NCBI GenBank assembly: GCA_964016885.1
Contig: OZ024761.1
Coordinates: 16,616,001 to 16,680,000, forward strand
DNA from: Eledone cirrhosa
Taxonomy: Eukaryota
Direction: 5' to 3'
Length of the DNA stretch: 64,000 bases
Shown: positions 53,226-64,000 of the stretch, in pieces
Position numbering within the stretch: the stretch's first letter is position 1
Layout of the letters: every line of letters begins with the position of its first letter
Position numbers and translations under genes: made by a program
Notes under the pieces: model-generated
Databases searched by the model: none
What the model was told of the DNA's origin: nothing
Seen by the model: only the letters and a program-made list of their open reading frames with translations

Positions 53226-56200
53226 TTTGTTATGTTGCAGGCCATTACTGCTGACTGGTTGTTATAGTGGGTTCCTGAAACTCTGCAATTACGAAGAGAA
53301 GTAAGTAATTGTCATCATCATCATCATCACCAACACTACTTTCATTGCCATCGTCATCACCACCATCATGACCATCACACCTTTCATTACTATCACCACC
53401 ACCACAACCACCTCCACAACCACCCTCACCACCACCACCTCCACCACCATCCTCACCACAACTATCCTCACCACCACCACCCACGCCATCATCACCCTCA
53501 CAACCATCATCACCACAACCATCCACAATACCACCACCAGACCACCACCAGACCACCACCACCACTATACACATATATATTACTCTCTGTTAACAGGACT
53601 GTGGTGTCTTCTCGTCAATTTCAACATGCCATGATAGAGTGTTGTTCTTACAGTCCAGAGGGTCACTACATCGGTGAGTTATGTTGTTTATATGTCATCT
53701 ATATTGGTCAGTTATGTTGTTTATATGTCATCTATATTGGTCAGTTATGTTGTTTATATGTCATCTATATTGGTCAGTTATGTTGTTTATATGTCATCTA
53801 TATTGGTCAGTTATGTTGTTTATATGTCATCTATATTGGTCAGTTATGTTGTTTATATGTCATCTATATTGGTCAGTTATGTTGTTTATGTCATCTATAT
53901 TGGTCAGTTATGTTGTTTATATGTCATCTATATTGGTCAGTTATGTTGTTTATGTCATCTATATTGGTCAGTTATGTTGTTTATATGTCATCTATATTGG
54001 TCAGTTATGTTGTTTATATGTCATCTATATTGGTCAGTTATGTTGTTTATATGTCATCTATATTGGTGAGTTATGTTGTTTATATGTCATCTATATTGGT
54101 GAGTTATGTTGTTTATATGTCATCTATATTGGTCAGTTATGTTGTTTATATGTCATCTATATTGGTCAGTTATGTTGTTTATATGTCATCTATATTGGTC
54201 AGTTATGTTGTTTATATGTCATCTATATTGGTCAGTTATGTTGTTTATATGTCATCTATATTGGTCAGTTATGTTGTTTATATGTCATCTATATTGGTGA
54301 GTTATGTTGTTTATATGTCATCTATATTGGTCAGTTATGTTGTTTATATGTCATCTATATTGGTCAGTTATGTTGTTTATATGTCATCTATATTGGTCAG
54401 TTATGTTGTTTATATGTCATCTATATTGGTCAGTTATGTTGTTTATATGTCATCTATATTGGTCAGTTATGTTGTTTATATGTCATCTATATTGGTGAGT
54501 TATGTTGTTTATATGTCATCTATATTGGTGAGTTATGTTGTTTATATGTCTTCTATATTGGTGAGTTATGTTGTTTATGTCTTCTATATTGGTCAGTTAT
54601 GTTGTTCATGTCATCTATATTGGTCAGTTATGTTGTTTATATGTCATCTATATTGGTGAGTTATGTTGTTTATATGTCATCTATATCGGTGAGTTATGTT
54701 GTTTATATGTCATCTATATTGGTGAGTTATGTTGTTTATATGTCTTCTATATTGGTGAGTTATGTTGTTTATGTCTTCTATATTGGTCAGTTATGTTGTT
54801 TATATGTCATCTATATTGGTCAGTTATGTTGTTTATATGTCATCTATATTGGTCAGTTATGTTGTTTATATGTCATCTATATTGGTGAGTTATGTTGTTT
54901 ATATGTCATCTACATCGGTGAGTTATGTTGTTTATATGTCATCTATATTGGTCAGTTATGTTGTTTATATGTCATCTATATTGGTCAGTTATGTTGTTTA
55001 TATGTCATCTATATTGGTCAGTTATGTTGTTTATATGTCATCTATATTGGTCAGTTATGTTGTTTATATGTCATCTATATTGGTCAGTTATGTTGTTTAT
55101 ATGTCATCTATATTGGTCAGTTATGTTGTTTATATGTCATCTATATTGGTGAGTTATGTTGTTTATATGTCTTCTACATCGTTGAATTATGTTGTTCATA
55201 TGTCATCTATATTGGTGAGTTATGTTGTTTATATGTCATCTATATTGGTCAGTTATGTTGTTTATATGTCATCTATGTTGGTCAGTTATATTGTTTATAT
55301 GTCATCTATATTGGTGAGTTATGTTGTTTATATGTCATCTATATTGGTCAGTTATGTTGTTTATATGTCATCTATATTGGTGAGTTATGTTGTTTATATG
55401 TCATCTATATTGGTGAGTTATGTTGTTTATATGTCTTCTACATCGGTGAATTATGTTGTTCATATGTCATCTATATTGGTGAGTTATGTTGTTTATATGT
55501 CATCTATATTGGTGAGTTATGTTGTTTATATGTCATCTATATTGGTCAGTTATGTTGTTTATATGTCATCTATATTGGTCAGTTATGTTGTTTATATGTC
55601 ATCTATATTGGTCAGTTATGTTGTTTATATGTCATCTATATTGGTCAGTTATGTTGTTTATATGTCATCTATATTGGTCAGTTATGTTGTTTATATGTCA
55701 TCTATATTGGTCAGTTATGTTGTTTATGTCATCTATATTGGTCAGTTATGTTGTTTATATGTCATCTATATTGGTGAGTTATGTTGTTTATATGTCTTCT
55801 ACATCGGTGAATTATGTTGTTCATATGTCATCTATATTGGTGAGTTATGTTGTTTATATGTCATCTATATTGGTCAGTTATGTTGTTTATATGTCATCTA
55901 TATTGGTCAGTTATATTGTTTATATGTCATCTATATTGGTGAGTTATGTTGTTTATATGTCATCTATATTGGTCAGTTATGTTGTTTATATGTCATCTAT
56001 ATTGGTGAGTTATGTTGTTTATATGTCATCTATATTGGTGAGTTATGTTGTTTATATGTCTTCTACATCGGTGAATTATGTTGTTCATATGTCATCTATA
56101 TTGGTGAGTTATGTTGTTTATATGTCATCTATATTGATCAGTTATGTTGTTTATATGTCATCTATATTGGTCAGTTATATTGTTTATATGTCATCTATAT

Positions 56201-59200
56201 TGGTGAGTTATGTTGTTTATATGTCATCTATATTGGTCAGTTATGTTGTTTATATGTCATCTATATTGGTCAGTTATGTTGTTTATATGTCATCTATATT
56301 AGTGAGTTATGTTGTTCATATGTCATCTATATTGGTGAGTTATGTTGTTTATATGTCTTCTATATGGTGATCGTGATGATGGTGAAGGTGGCAGTGATTG
56401 TGATGATGATGGTGGTGATTGTGATGATGATGGTGGTGGTGATGGCGATTGTAAAGGTGAAGGTGATGATGATGTTGATGCTGGTAATGATGATGATATA
56501 TATAAACTCTAAACGGTTGCTTTATTGTAGGTGTTGGGTTTACCAACGGTATGATCTACATACTAGATTCCATGACTTTAACCAACAAGGAGACAGACAT
56601 CCACCATTACTGTTCTGACTGTATTACACATATTACATTCTCAAACAAATCATACTATCTTGCTATTGCTGTGAGTTCAATCCCTTAATTTTATTATCTA
56701 TCTATCTATATAATACTAAAAGTCTGTGATTGCTTGTTTGCTTGTCTGTAATGTAATACATCCAAAAGGGCACATAATGGGGAAAATACTTTGAAAGGAA
56801 GTTGCCCTTGAAATGGGAATACACATGGAATAAAACAAGTTTCATGTAAATCGGATCACAGGTTCCCGAGATACAGGGTTTTTCCGGGTACTTTCATAAA
56901 TAGAGAGAGAGAAAGAGATAGTGGTTGTGGGAGAGTAGATTGAAAGACGCCCATATATATATATATCATCATCATCATCATTTCATTTTACGTCTGCTTT
57001 TTCCCTGCTTGCAAGGGTGGGACGAGAACTGATTCTGGCTTGATTTCTACAGCTGGATGCCATTCCTAACACCAACCTCATTTACAGTGAGTGTTGGGTG
57101 CTTTTTTGCCGTGGCACCTCCACGACCACTTTGCAGTGGAATGATAGGGACCCCAGTCCCTATCATCTCATTTCTACAGCTGAGTAAACTGGAGCAATGT
57201 GAAATAAAGTGTCTTGCTCAAGGAAACAACACATCACCCGGTCTGAGAATTGAACTCACAACCTTTCAATTGCAAGGCCAATGCTCTAACCACTAAGCAC
57301 AGGACATATCAGAGGGTTCTTGCTGTTCCCAGAAAGCATGCCTTTTGAAGTGTTCCAAAAAAGGGGGCTGGACTAATGTTCTTTAACCATCCTTGGAAAC
57401 TCTTCAAGATAGTACCTAGTGCTCCTATGACAATCGGGACGACCTTGATTTCATGGCAGTTCCAAATCCTTTTTAATTCCTGCTTTAAATCCTGGTATCG
57501 GTTAATTGTCTCCTTTTCTTGCACTCTTGTGTCAAAGGAGCAGGCTACATCTACAATCAGGCACGATCTTTTTTCCTTGTCCAAAACCACCAGGTCAGGC
57601 CTATTGTGTTCTAATTTCTTGTCTGTCTGTATCCTGAAATCCCATAGGACCTTCACTTGATCATTTTCTATCACCGACTCTGGCTTATGCTCATACCACT
57701 TCTCAGAATGTGGTAAATTATTTAGTTTGCATAAATGCCAGTGAAACACCTTCCCTATTATATCATGCTTCCATCCTTTATAGTGAATCTGGACTAAACT
57801 TGTTTCATTATATGTTTGGTAGAGGGTCGGACGCCATGCTTTCCAGCATAGTTACGTCCCTTTACGATCTGAGTTCAAATCCCGCCAAGGTTGACTTTGC
57901 CTTTCATCCTTACGGGGTCGATAAAATAAAGTACCAGTAATGCACTGAGTAATTGCTGGCCTTGTGCCAAAAGTAGAAACAATTATTATATGTTATATTC
58001 TGCAGGGTGGTGGATTGGCAGCATCAGTAGATCATCGGACAACATGCTTTACGACGTAGAGTTACAACCCTTTATGTTCTAAGTTCAAATCCCACCGAGG
58101 TTAACTTTGACTTTCATCCTAACGGGGGCGATAAAATAAAGCACCAGTAATGCACTGGGGTCGATTTAACCAACTTTTCCCTTCCCTTAAAAATACTGTC
58201 CTTGTGCCAAATGTAGAAACAATTATATGTTGTATTGTGCAGGACTCAGGCTATGTTATATGTCTTCTACAGGGAGAAGTTAATGTGTTTTGCTATGCCA
58301 GCCCCCACCTCCCTCACTACCAACCCATCAGAGAGCTAATGTTGTATCATTATATGTTATATTCTGCAGGACTCAGGCTTCGCTGTATGCCTGCTACTGA
58401 GAAAGGGTGATGTATTCAAGTATATCGGCCGGTATCGCTCTCACTACCAACCTATCAGCGATCTGATGTTCGTTGAGAAGTTCCACTCAACAAATCCTAT
58501 TCTCTTATCTCTTGGAAAGGACAGAAGAATGGTAAGTAAGGGGTGTTGTAGAGACAGGAAAAGAGAGGAAGAGAGAGAGATAGGGAGATCTGAGATGGAG
58601 AAAGAGAGATAGAAGATAGATGGGGAGAAAGTGATAGAGAAACAAAGTAAAATACAGAGAGATGGAGTACAATGTATATATATATATATAGTAAGAATAA
58701 TAATAATAATAATGGTTTCTTTATTTATTTATTTAATAATAATAATAATAATAATAATAATAGTAATAATGCTTTCTTTATTAACCACAAGGGTTTATAT
58801 AAAGTAGACATTAAGGACAGTACAGGACAATACAGGACGGTACAAATAATAAATTTGAAGACTAAAAATAAATATATATATATATATATATACTGTTACA
58901 GTAGGTATGGGGGAGGGCTTCTTATTACGAAGTTAGCAGATGGTCTTCCAGAACACTTTATTTGCTGATCTGAATCAGATTCCAGCTTAACCCCAAAGTG
59001 TTCCCATGTATTAACTTTGGATTCCTTTACTGTCTCTGTTGCAATTCTTTGTGCTTACTTGTAGCACAAGTGCAAGGAGGAGGACTTATTTCCAGGCCAA
59101 GCTTTGTAAGCCTCCTTCGTTGCTCAGATGGCATCTTTGACCTCTTGATTGAACCAAGGGGGTCCTCCTGCCACCCAGCACCACACCAAGCCTCTTTCAC

Positions 59201-59324
59201 CCACAACATTTAACAGCTGAAGCAGAAACTGCTGCGCTGAACAATCTCCACTCAACATCTTCAGTTTGTTCAGAGAGTTCTGGATGCAATAGTATCTGCC
59301 TACCTAGTCCTGACTTCCTTATAA

Positions 59325-59356
<32 letters not shown>

Positions 59357-59670
59357 AATTATTGTGTAAAGTGCTCAGGTGCACTACAACTCATCAATAT
59401 AGTACATAGAATAATACACAAATGTCAGGGAAGTACATGTGTGTATGTGTTAGCTGTTCTGTTGGCGGATCTCGGGAAGCATGGAGGCCTTAAAGGATGC
59501 AGTGTCTCGACAGCTAACAACTGATGCAGGCAGTTTGTTCCATGCTTCAGCAACTCTTATCTACTAAAGCTTCCCACAGCTTAGCCCTTCTCTTAACACA
59601 AACATCCAGCACAGAATCAAAGAGATCAGAGACAATAATAAAATCAATTATTGATCTTTGATACACACAC

Positions 59671-59706
<36 letters not shown>

Positions 59707-59811
59707 ATATATATATAAATATATGTATGTATATATCTATATATATGTATGTATATATATATATATATGTGTGTATATATATATGTATATATATATGTAC
59801 GTATGTATATG

Positions 59812-59842
<31 letters not shown>

Positions 59843-59945
59843 GTACGTATGTATATGTATATATATATATATATGTGTGTGTGTGTATATATATATAAAT
59901 ATATGTATGTATATACCTATCTATCTATCTATATATATGTATGTG

Positions 59946-59976
<31 letters not shown>

Positions 59977-60124
59977 GTATATATATATATGTATGTATAT
60001 ATAAATGTATGTATATATATATGTATGTGTATATATATATGTATGTATGTATATATATATGTATATATATATAATATATATATGTATGTATGTATATATA
60101 TGTATATATATATATATATATATG

Positions 60125-60214
<90 letters not shown>

Positions 60215-60527
60215 TACTTATATATAGAAATAGAAATAAGATAAGGGTAATATTGTATATTGTATGTGTATATAATATATATGTGTATATATATATCACC
60301 GACATCCAGAGTTGACATTGCACTCAGTACTCCTTTGGGAGCCCCTACATGGACACACTAGAAGAGGAAGACCAAGGTTAACGTATGTTGATGCCCTCAG
60401 GACAGACACTGGTCTGTTGGAGATGCAGGACATGGCAGCGATAATGAGGGACAGAGACCGCTGGAGAGAACTCGTCCATGGATCTCGGGAATTTTACCCG
60501 CCTTAGATAGATATATGTATATATATG

Positions 60528-60587
<60 letters not shown>

Positions 60588-62561
60588 GTAATAGTTATAC
60601 TTATATATAGGAATAGAAATAAGATAAGGGTAATATTGTATATAATGTTGTATATATATATATTGAGATAAAAGAGCTTATGCTCTGTTATTCTCATTAT
60701 AGGTGGAATATGAGATGAAAGGAAAGTTTACTGATGGTTTGAAGCTGTTGTCTGTTGACCGTGTGGAACAGAGTGCTATCCCACTTTGCATGACCAAGTA
60801 CCCTACATTTACCCAGGAGTATTTCATTTTGATAGTCAACAATGAGGTAAAACTTCATCGAACATTAATTACTATAACCTATAACACACTACATTACTAT
60901 ATCTTTCTATAACATACATTACTATATCCTTCTATAACACCCAACATTACTATAACTTTCTATAACACATTACATTCCTATAGCCTTCTATAACACACTA
61001 CATTACTGTATCTTATAACACACTACAGTACTATAGCCTTCTATGACACACTACAGTCTTTTATAACATACTACAGTACTATAGCCTTCTATAACACACT
61101 ACATTACTATAGCATTCTATGACACACTACATTACTATATCCTTCTATAATACACTACCTTACTATAGCCTTCTATAACACACTACATTACTATAGCCTT
61201 CTATAACACTACATTGCTATAGCATTCTATAACACTACATTACTATAGCCTTCTATGACACACTACATTACTATAGTCTTCTATAACACACTACATTACT
61301 ATAGCCTTCTATGACACACTACATTGCTATATCCTTCTATAACACACTACAGTACTATATCCTTCTATAACACACTATATTACTATATCCTTCTATGACA
61401 CACTACAGTACTATAGCCTTCTATAACACTACATTTCTACAGTCTTCTATAACACACCACTCTACTATCACCTCCCATAATACAGTCTATATAATTCCTC
61501 ATTTTATTATCCTTTGTTCCAGTACAAATATAAACTGTTTAACGCTGCAACCAAAATGTGTCGACAGACAATTCTGTCCCCCACCTGTGGCTCACCATTG
61601 ACCAAGTAAGGGACTAAATACTTATCTTTGAACTGGCCCTGTTGTCCTCCGGGACAATGTTTACTCAATCCTGGCAGCCAGGGGCCATGAGACCGACTGA
61701 CCCTTAAGTTTCATTTATGGCGCTGGCTTGAGTGTGGATTAGATATACCTCCATAAACATGATTAGTAAGAAAGTGAAAACATTTAACCCTTTAGTATTG
61801 ACATTACTCTATATATACTATTGTATTTTCATGGAAAAGGCTTTATCTCACATAATTATCTCAATGTGTGTGTATGTATGTATGGTTGTGTGCTATGTGT
61901 GTTGTGTGTCTATGTATGTGTGTGTGTATGCTGTGTGTGTGTGTGTATGCTGTGTGCTTGTGTGATGTACATAGAGAAAGAGAGGCAGACAGATAGATTG
62001 ATATATATATATATAGAGAGAGAGAGAGGGGGTGAGGGATGAATGGATATTGAATCTGAGATTTTGATATTATTTATTTTGAGAACAATACCTTAACATC
62101 AGTATGAGCGGCAAGTTAGGGCCGGTTTGAATAGAAAGAAGTGAGAGAATCCTGGCCGGATATGACCAGTTTAAATGCTAAAGGGTTAATAGAGACTCTC
62201 TTCCCCTCTTTCCCTCCCTCATTCTGTTTTCTTCTCTTCAGGGTGATTGTTCTACCAACATCCGACGACATTGCTCTCAACTCTAAATACATGGCTTTCA
62301 TTACATCTGAGAAAGTTGGTCTCCAGGTTCTACCAATTGATGGGAACAGACATACATCTACAGCCCTCATTGCTCATCCTGATGGTGTAAGTATGGTTAC
62401 TAGTGTGATGATAATGATGATGATGATGTTGATAACTAGCTCTAGTGTAGCAATGATGTTATGTTGTAGGTTGCTAACATAGCCGCCAGCCATGATGGGA
62501 AATATTTGTTCACAACCAGCAAAAAGGATGCTTCGTTACATATGTGGAATATTAATGTAAG
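26428..62561 (+). CDS. CFAP251: Cilia- and flagella-associated protein 251 (WDR66), partial. Coding exons 26428-27207, 28781-28927, 33138-33241, 37589-37694, 38459-38539, 42302-42385, 43735-43909, 46078-46165, 47200-47268, 48025-48087, 50178-50304, 50731-50786, 53241-53300, 53597-53673, 56531-56670, 58370-58531, 60703-60846, 61523-61605, 62242-62386, 62470-62561; continues beyond window
   Basis: Twenty GT-AG exons in one continuous frame. Acidic N-terminus followed by WD40 repeats with WDR66-type motifs: [122 protein letters not shown]. Confidence 0.93.
28014..28084 (+). ncRNA. Type I hammerhead ribozyme-like motif within fold-back 27897-28113
   Basis: Stem I TTCATT/AATGAA, CTGACGA, stem II CGAAG.CAGACG/CGTCTG.CTTCG (first pair mismatched), GAAA, stem III ACC-TTT-GGT, GTA cleavage triplet. 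Confidence 0.6.
28354..28573. mobile_element. piggyBac-type MITE. Other copies 14109-14293, 15228-15458, ~16757-16940 (partial), 50925-51140, 61784-62189, and a split copy at ~62820/63203-63260
   Basis: TTAA flanks and TIRs CCCTTTAGCATTTA / TAAATGCTAAAGGG, typical of piggyBac ends. Confidence 0.82.
30247..30280 (-). ncRNA. Penelope-type minimal hammerhead core (stem I decayed)
   Basis: Minus strand reads CTGATGA-A-GGGC-TTAT-GCCC-GAAACGTC, with a palindromic ACGT in place of stem III. Confidence 0.5.
30375..31010 (+). repeat. 119-bp tandem repeat (~5 copies) derived from a SINE B-like fragment
   Basis: Near-perfect copies; similar to dispersed sequence at 3020-3135. Confidence 0.92.
31589..32421 (+). 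mobile_element. 5'-truncated CR1-type LINE (RT C-terminus, duplicated 3' UTR, (ATT)n tail)
   Basis: [48 protein letters not shown]. Related 3' ends at 40040-41670(+), 44810-45150(-), 59340-59556(-); a distant relative at ~52380-52560(-). Confidence 0.88.
32422..33112. repeat. ~26-bp compound satellite (TA)n-GAGAGA-TGTATGTG
   Basis: Direct inspection. Confidence 0.9.
33231..33972 (+). repeat. 33-bp minisatellite (~22 copies) starting at the CFAP251 exon 3 donor
   Basis: Unit CACTCATAGCTGG(T/C)AAGTTACACTCCAACTCCACTC. Confidence 0.95.
34030..37580 (+). repeat. 3.5-kb ACN-triplet higher-order satellite (~72-bp units)
   Basis: ACCACTAATGCTACTACTACTACTACCATCAATACCACA.. repeated; produces the spurious poly-T/poly-V/PL ORFs. 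Confidence 0.95.
37780..38385. repeat. (ACC/AAC)n low-complexity repeat
   Basis: Direct inspection. Confidence 0.9.
39365..39822 (-). mobile_element. CRE-like non-LTR retrotransposon 3' fragment (restriction-like endonuclease domain)
   Basis: [51 protein letters not shown], a PD-(D/E)xK RLE pattern. Confidence 0.75.
40040..41670 (+). mobile_element. CR1-type LINE 3' end with an internal 60-bp tandem expansion (~22 copies, ~40144-41488)
   Basis: Flanks match the LINE at 31940-32290. Unit GGAACAAACTGCCTGCATCAGTTGTTAGCTGCCGAGACACTGCATCCTTTAAAACCTCCAT. Confidence 0.88.
42600..42886. repeat. 42-bp tandem repeat (~7 copies)
   Basis: Unit CTTTACAGGGTGGACTGGGTGTGTTTTATCACATCACCAGCACAAC-like; derived from a dispersed repeat. 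Confidence 0.85.
43105..43432 (-). mobile_element. SINE family A nested in a hAT-type MITE
   Basis: Reverse complement of the family A sequence; interrupts element 42912-43695. Confidence 0.85.
46982..47024 (+). ncRNA. Minimal type I hammerhead ribozyme motif
   Basis: Stem I GTCA/TGAC, CTGAGGA plus an extra G, stem II GTCACA/TGTGAC, GAAA, minimal stem III AG-AG-CT, UH = TT. Confidence 0.62.
47355..47750. repeat. TGTGACTATG-based minisatellite
   Basis: Direct inspection. Confidence 0.88.
49438..49797. mobile_element. Tigger/pogo-like MITE, degenerate
   Basis: TACAGTTGTCCCCTGGTATTCGCGG at the left and GTGAATGTCGGGGGTACACTGT at the right resemble Tigger TIRs. Confidence 0.5.
49835..50163 (-). 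mobile_element. SINE family A ending ~14 nt before a CFAP251 acceptor
   Basis: Reverse complement of the family A sequence. Confidence 0.88.
50821..51330. mobile_element. hAT-type MITE containing a nested piggyBac MITE
   Basis: 17-bp TIR CAGAGGCATAACTAGGG / CCCTAGTTATGCCTCTG; 8-bp near-TSD CTCTTGAT/CTTTTGAT. Confidence 0.78.
51637..51956. mobile_element. hAT (Charlie-like) MITE; inverted relative at ~42912-43695
   Basis: CAG..CTG ends and a perfect 8-bp TSD GTCTAAAA at 51629-51636 and 51957-51964. Confidence 0.8.
53042..53106 (+). ncRNA. Minimal type I hammerhead ribozyme motif; identical inverted copy at ~52886-52950
   Basis: Stem I TATTTTAT/ATGAAATA, core CTGATGA (53050-56), stem II AAG.GCACCA/TGGTGT.CTT, GAAA (53087-90), short stem III ATA-TG-TAT, predicted cleavage after A53098. 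Confidence 0.68.
53662..56365 (+). repeat. 33-bp minisatellite (~80 copies) starting at the CFAP251 exon 14 donor
   Basis: Unit GTCATCTATATTGGT(C/G)AGTTATGTTGTTTATAT. Confidence 0.96.
56980..57298 (-). mobile_element. tRNA-derived SINE family A
   Basis: Reverse complement of the family A sequence. Confidence 0.88.
57309..57735 (-). mobile_element. R4/Dong-like non-LTR retrotransposon fragment (RLE domain)
   Basis: [46 protein letters not shown]. Confidence 0.8.
58224..58345 (+). pseudogene. Diverged tandem copy of the acceptor and 5' two-thirds of CFAP251 exon 58370-58531
   Basis: [34 protein letters not shown] versus [34 protein letters not shown]. Confidence 0.8.
60297..60506 (+). mobile_element. 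RTE-like LINE 3' fragment in a (TA)n tract
   Basis: [27 protein letters not shown]. Flanked by a duplicated ~50-bp segment (TAGTTATACTTATATATAG.AATAGAAATAAGATAAGGGTAATATTGTATA at ~60208 and ~60592). Confidence 0.75.
60870..61460. repeat. ~28-bp minisatellite (~20 copies)
   Basis: Unit ACACTACATTACTATAGCCTTCTATAAC. Confidence 0.92.
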
Positions 62562-62630
62562 GTAGGTCTACACTCTCCTTTGAATTAATTAACCTTTTCT
62601 ACACCAAACTGCTTAGCATATACCTTAACC

Positions 62631-62816
62631 CAGGCATGTCAAACTGAGGCTACCCCGAGGGCCATATAGGTCACATGTGTTGTCTGAGGGCTACACATGA
62701 CAATAATTTGCACACATTACAACTAATATTTTTTATTTTATATTATGCTTGTGCTGTAAAAGCCTATGTGTGGGCCACAGGTGTGCTCGTAAAGGGCTGC
62801 ATGTTTGACATGCCTG
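62631..62816. mobile_element. hAT-type MITE
   Basis: TIR CAGGCATGTCAAAC / GTTTGACATGCCTG; near-TSD CCTTAACC/CCTTAAGC. Confidence 0.75.
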
Positions 62817-62839
62817 CCTTAAGCCTTTAGCATTCCCAT

Positions 62840-63203
62840 TCATCATCAGGTCGAGCTTGCTCGGCTTTCTACGACACGTTTCCTCCATCCATCTCTGTCT
62901 CTCATAGCATTTGCCAGTTCTTCCGCAGTGCATCCAGTATGGTCCTCAAGTTGCTTGACGTATGTCTTCTTGGGACGACCAGCGTTTCTTGCTCCATGAG
63001 ATGGACTCCATAACAACACATCACCTGCTATTTCGTCGAAACTGGAGAAAAAGCTAGATGGGGCATACACACGTATGCTCCGTGCTGCTTTAAATGTGTC
63101 TTGGAGGGAACACCCAACAAATAAGGTTCTCTATGGCAATATACCACCTATCAGCAGGTCAATACGTGGACAGAGACTCAGATTTGCTGGCCACTGTTGG
63201 CGC
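62840..63203 (-). mobile_element. RTE-like LINE 3' end with 5' inversion
   Basis: Minus strand EIAGDVLLWSP..GRPKKTYVKQL..DRDGWR with a TGA tail; plus strand 63037-63203 KLDGAYTRMLRAALNVSW..RLRFAGHCWR. Confidence 0.8.
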
Positions 63204-63574
63204 ATTTACATTTCTCTATATTTACTATTGTATTTTCACAGAAAAAGCTCTATCTCACAGTATAAGTACCAGCATAATAAATATTAGTTGTAATGTGCGC
63301 AATTTTGTGTCATGTTGTCATGTTGTCAATATTGCCAATATTCTCATCAAGAATCTTACAAAACAAATACATAAAGATGTATAATTCTGGCAATATTATA
63401 ACAATATGACCCTCCCCAAATATAACACTATATAAATATATACATACACATATCATCATTATCATCATTTTTACGTCCGCTTCTCCATACTTGCACGGGT
63501 TGGACAGATATATATATATATATATACGGGTGTGTGTCAGTGTGTATACATATATCTACATATATAAATTTATC

Positions 63575-63606
<32 letters not shown>

Positions 63607-64000
63607 TGATATGTATATATATATATATATATTTATATATGTGTATGTGTGTGTTGGTATATATATATATATATACCAACACACACATATATATAAATCT
63701 CTCTATATATATATATGATAAATTTATATATGATTAGGAAAATCTGCTTCGTAGAATCAAGACGTATCTGAGGACCTTGAGATTTTCAGAGTCAGGTTCG
63801 ATCATCACATCGATCGTTCTTCGCGCTGGTCGCCAGAGAAATGATTGTAATATGTTCAATAAATTCCATTCATCGCAACACTGATTCTCTTTTTTTCTGT
63901 GATATCATACTCTGCTCTATGAGAGCATAGAGTGCTCAAACGGCCTACCACATACGGACGCTTTAAGCATCCAACACCAATTATATATATATATATATAT

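Noticed and set aside
53681-56618. Long Cys/Tyr-rich repeat ORFs as independent genes
   Set aside because: Translations of a 33-bp minisatellite in all frames, with no independent start or splice context.

Overview
Eukaryotic, AT-rich, microsatellite- and SINE-dense DNA that looks like an octopod cephalopod genome (inferred from repeat content). Manual splice assembly supports four genes: the 3' five coding exons of INO80E (+, 1736-6094), an 8-exon ~599-aa zinc-finger/coiled-coil gene (-, 22183-10662), ADAT2 with an intronless CDS (+, 23959-24483) head-to-head with it across a CRE-containing promoter, and the first 20 coding exons of CFAP251/WDR66 (+, 26428 to past 62561). Most long ORFs in the track are repeat artefacts. 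Two unexplained themes stand out. (1) Many intronic minisatellites are built from the host gene's own splice signals (donor arrays, branch point+AG arrays, CAG|GTAT arrays, whole-intron and exon duplications). (2) Several fold-back insertions in (TA)n tracts carry minimal type I hammerhead ribozyme motifs of the Penelope-like retroelement kind. Copy numbers are estimated by eye and repeat boundaries are approximate.
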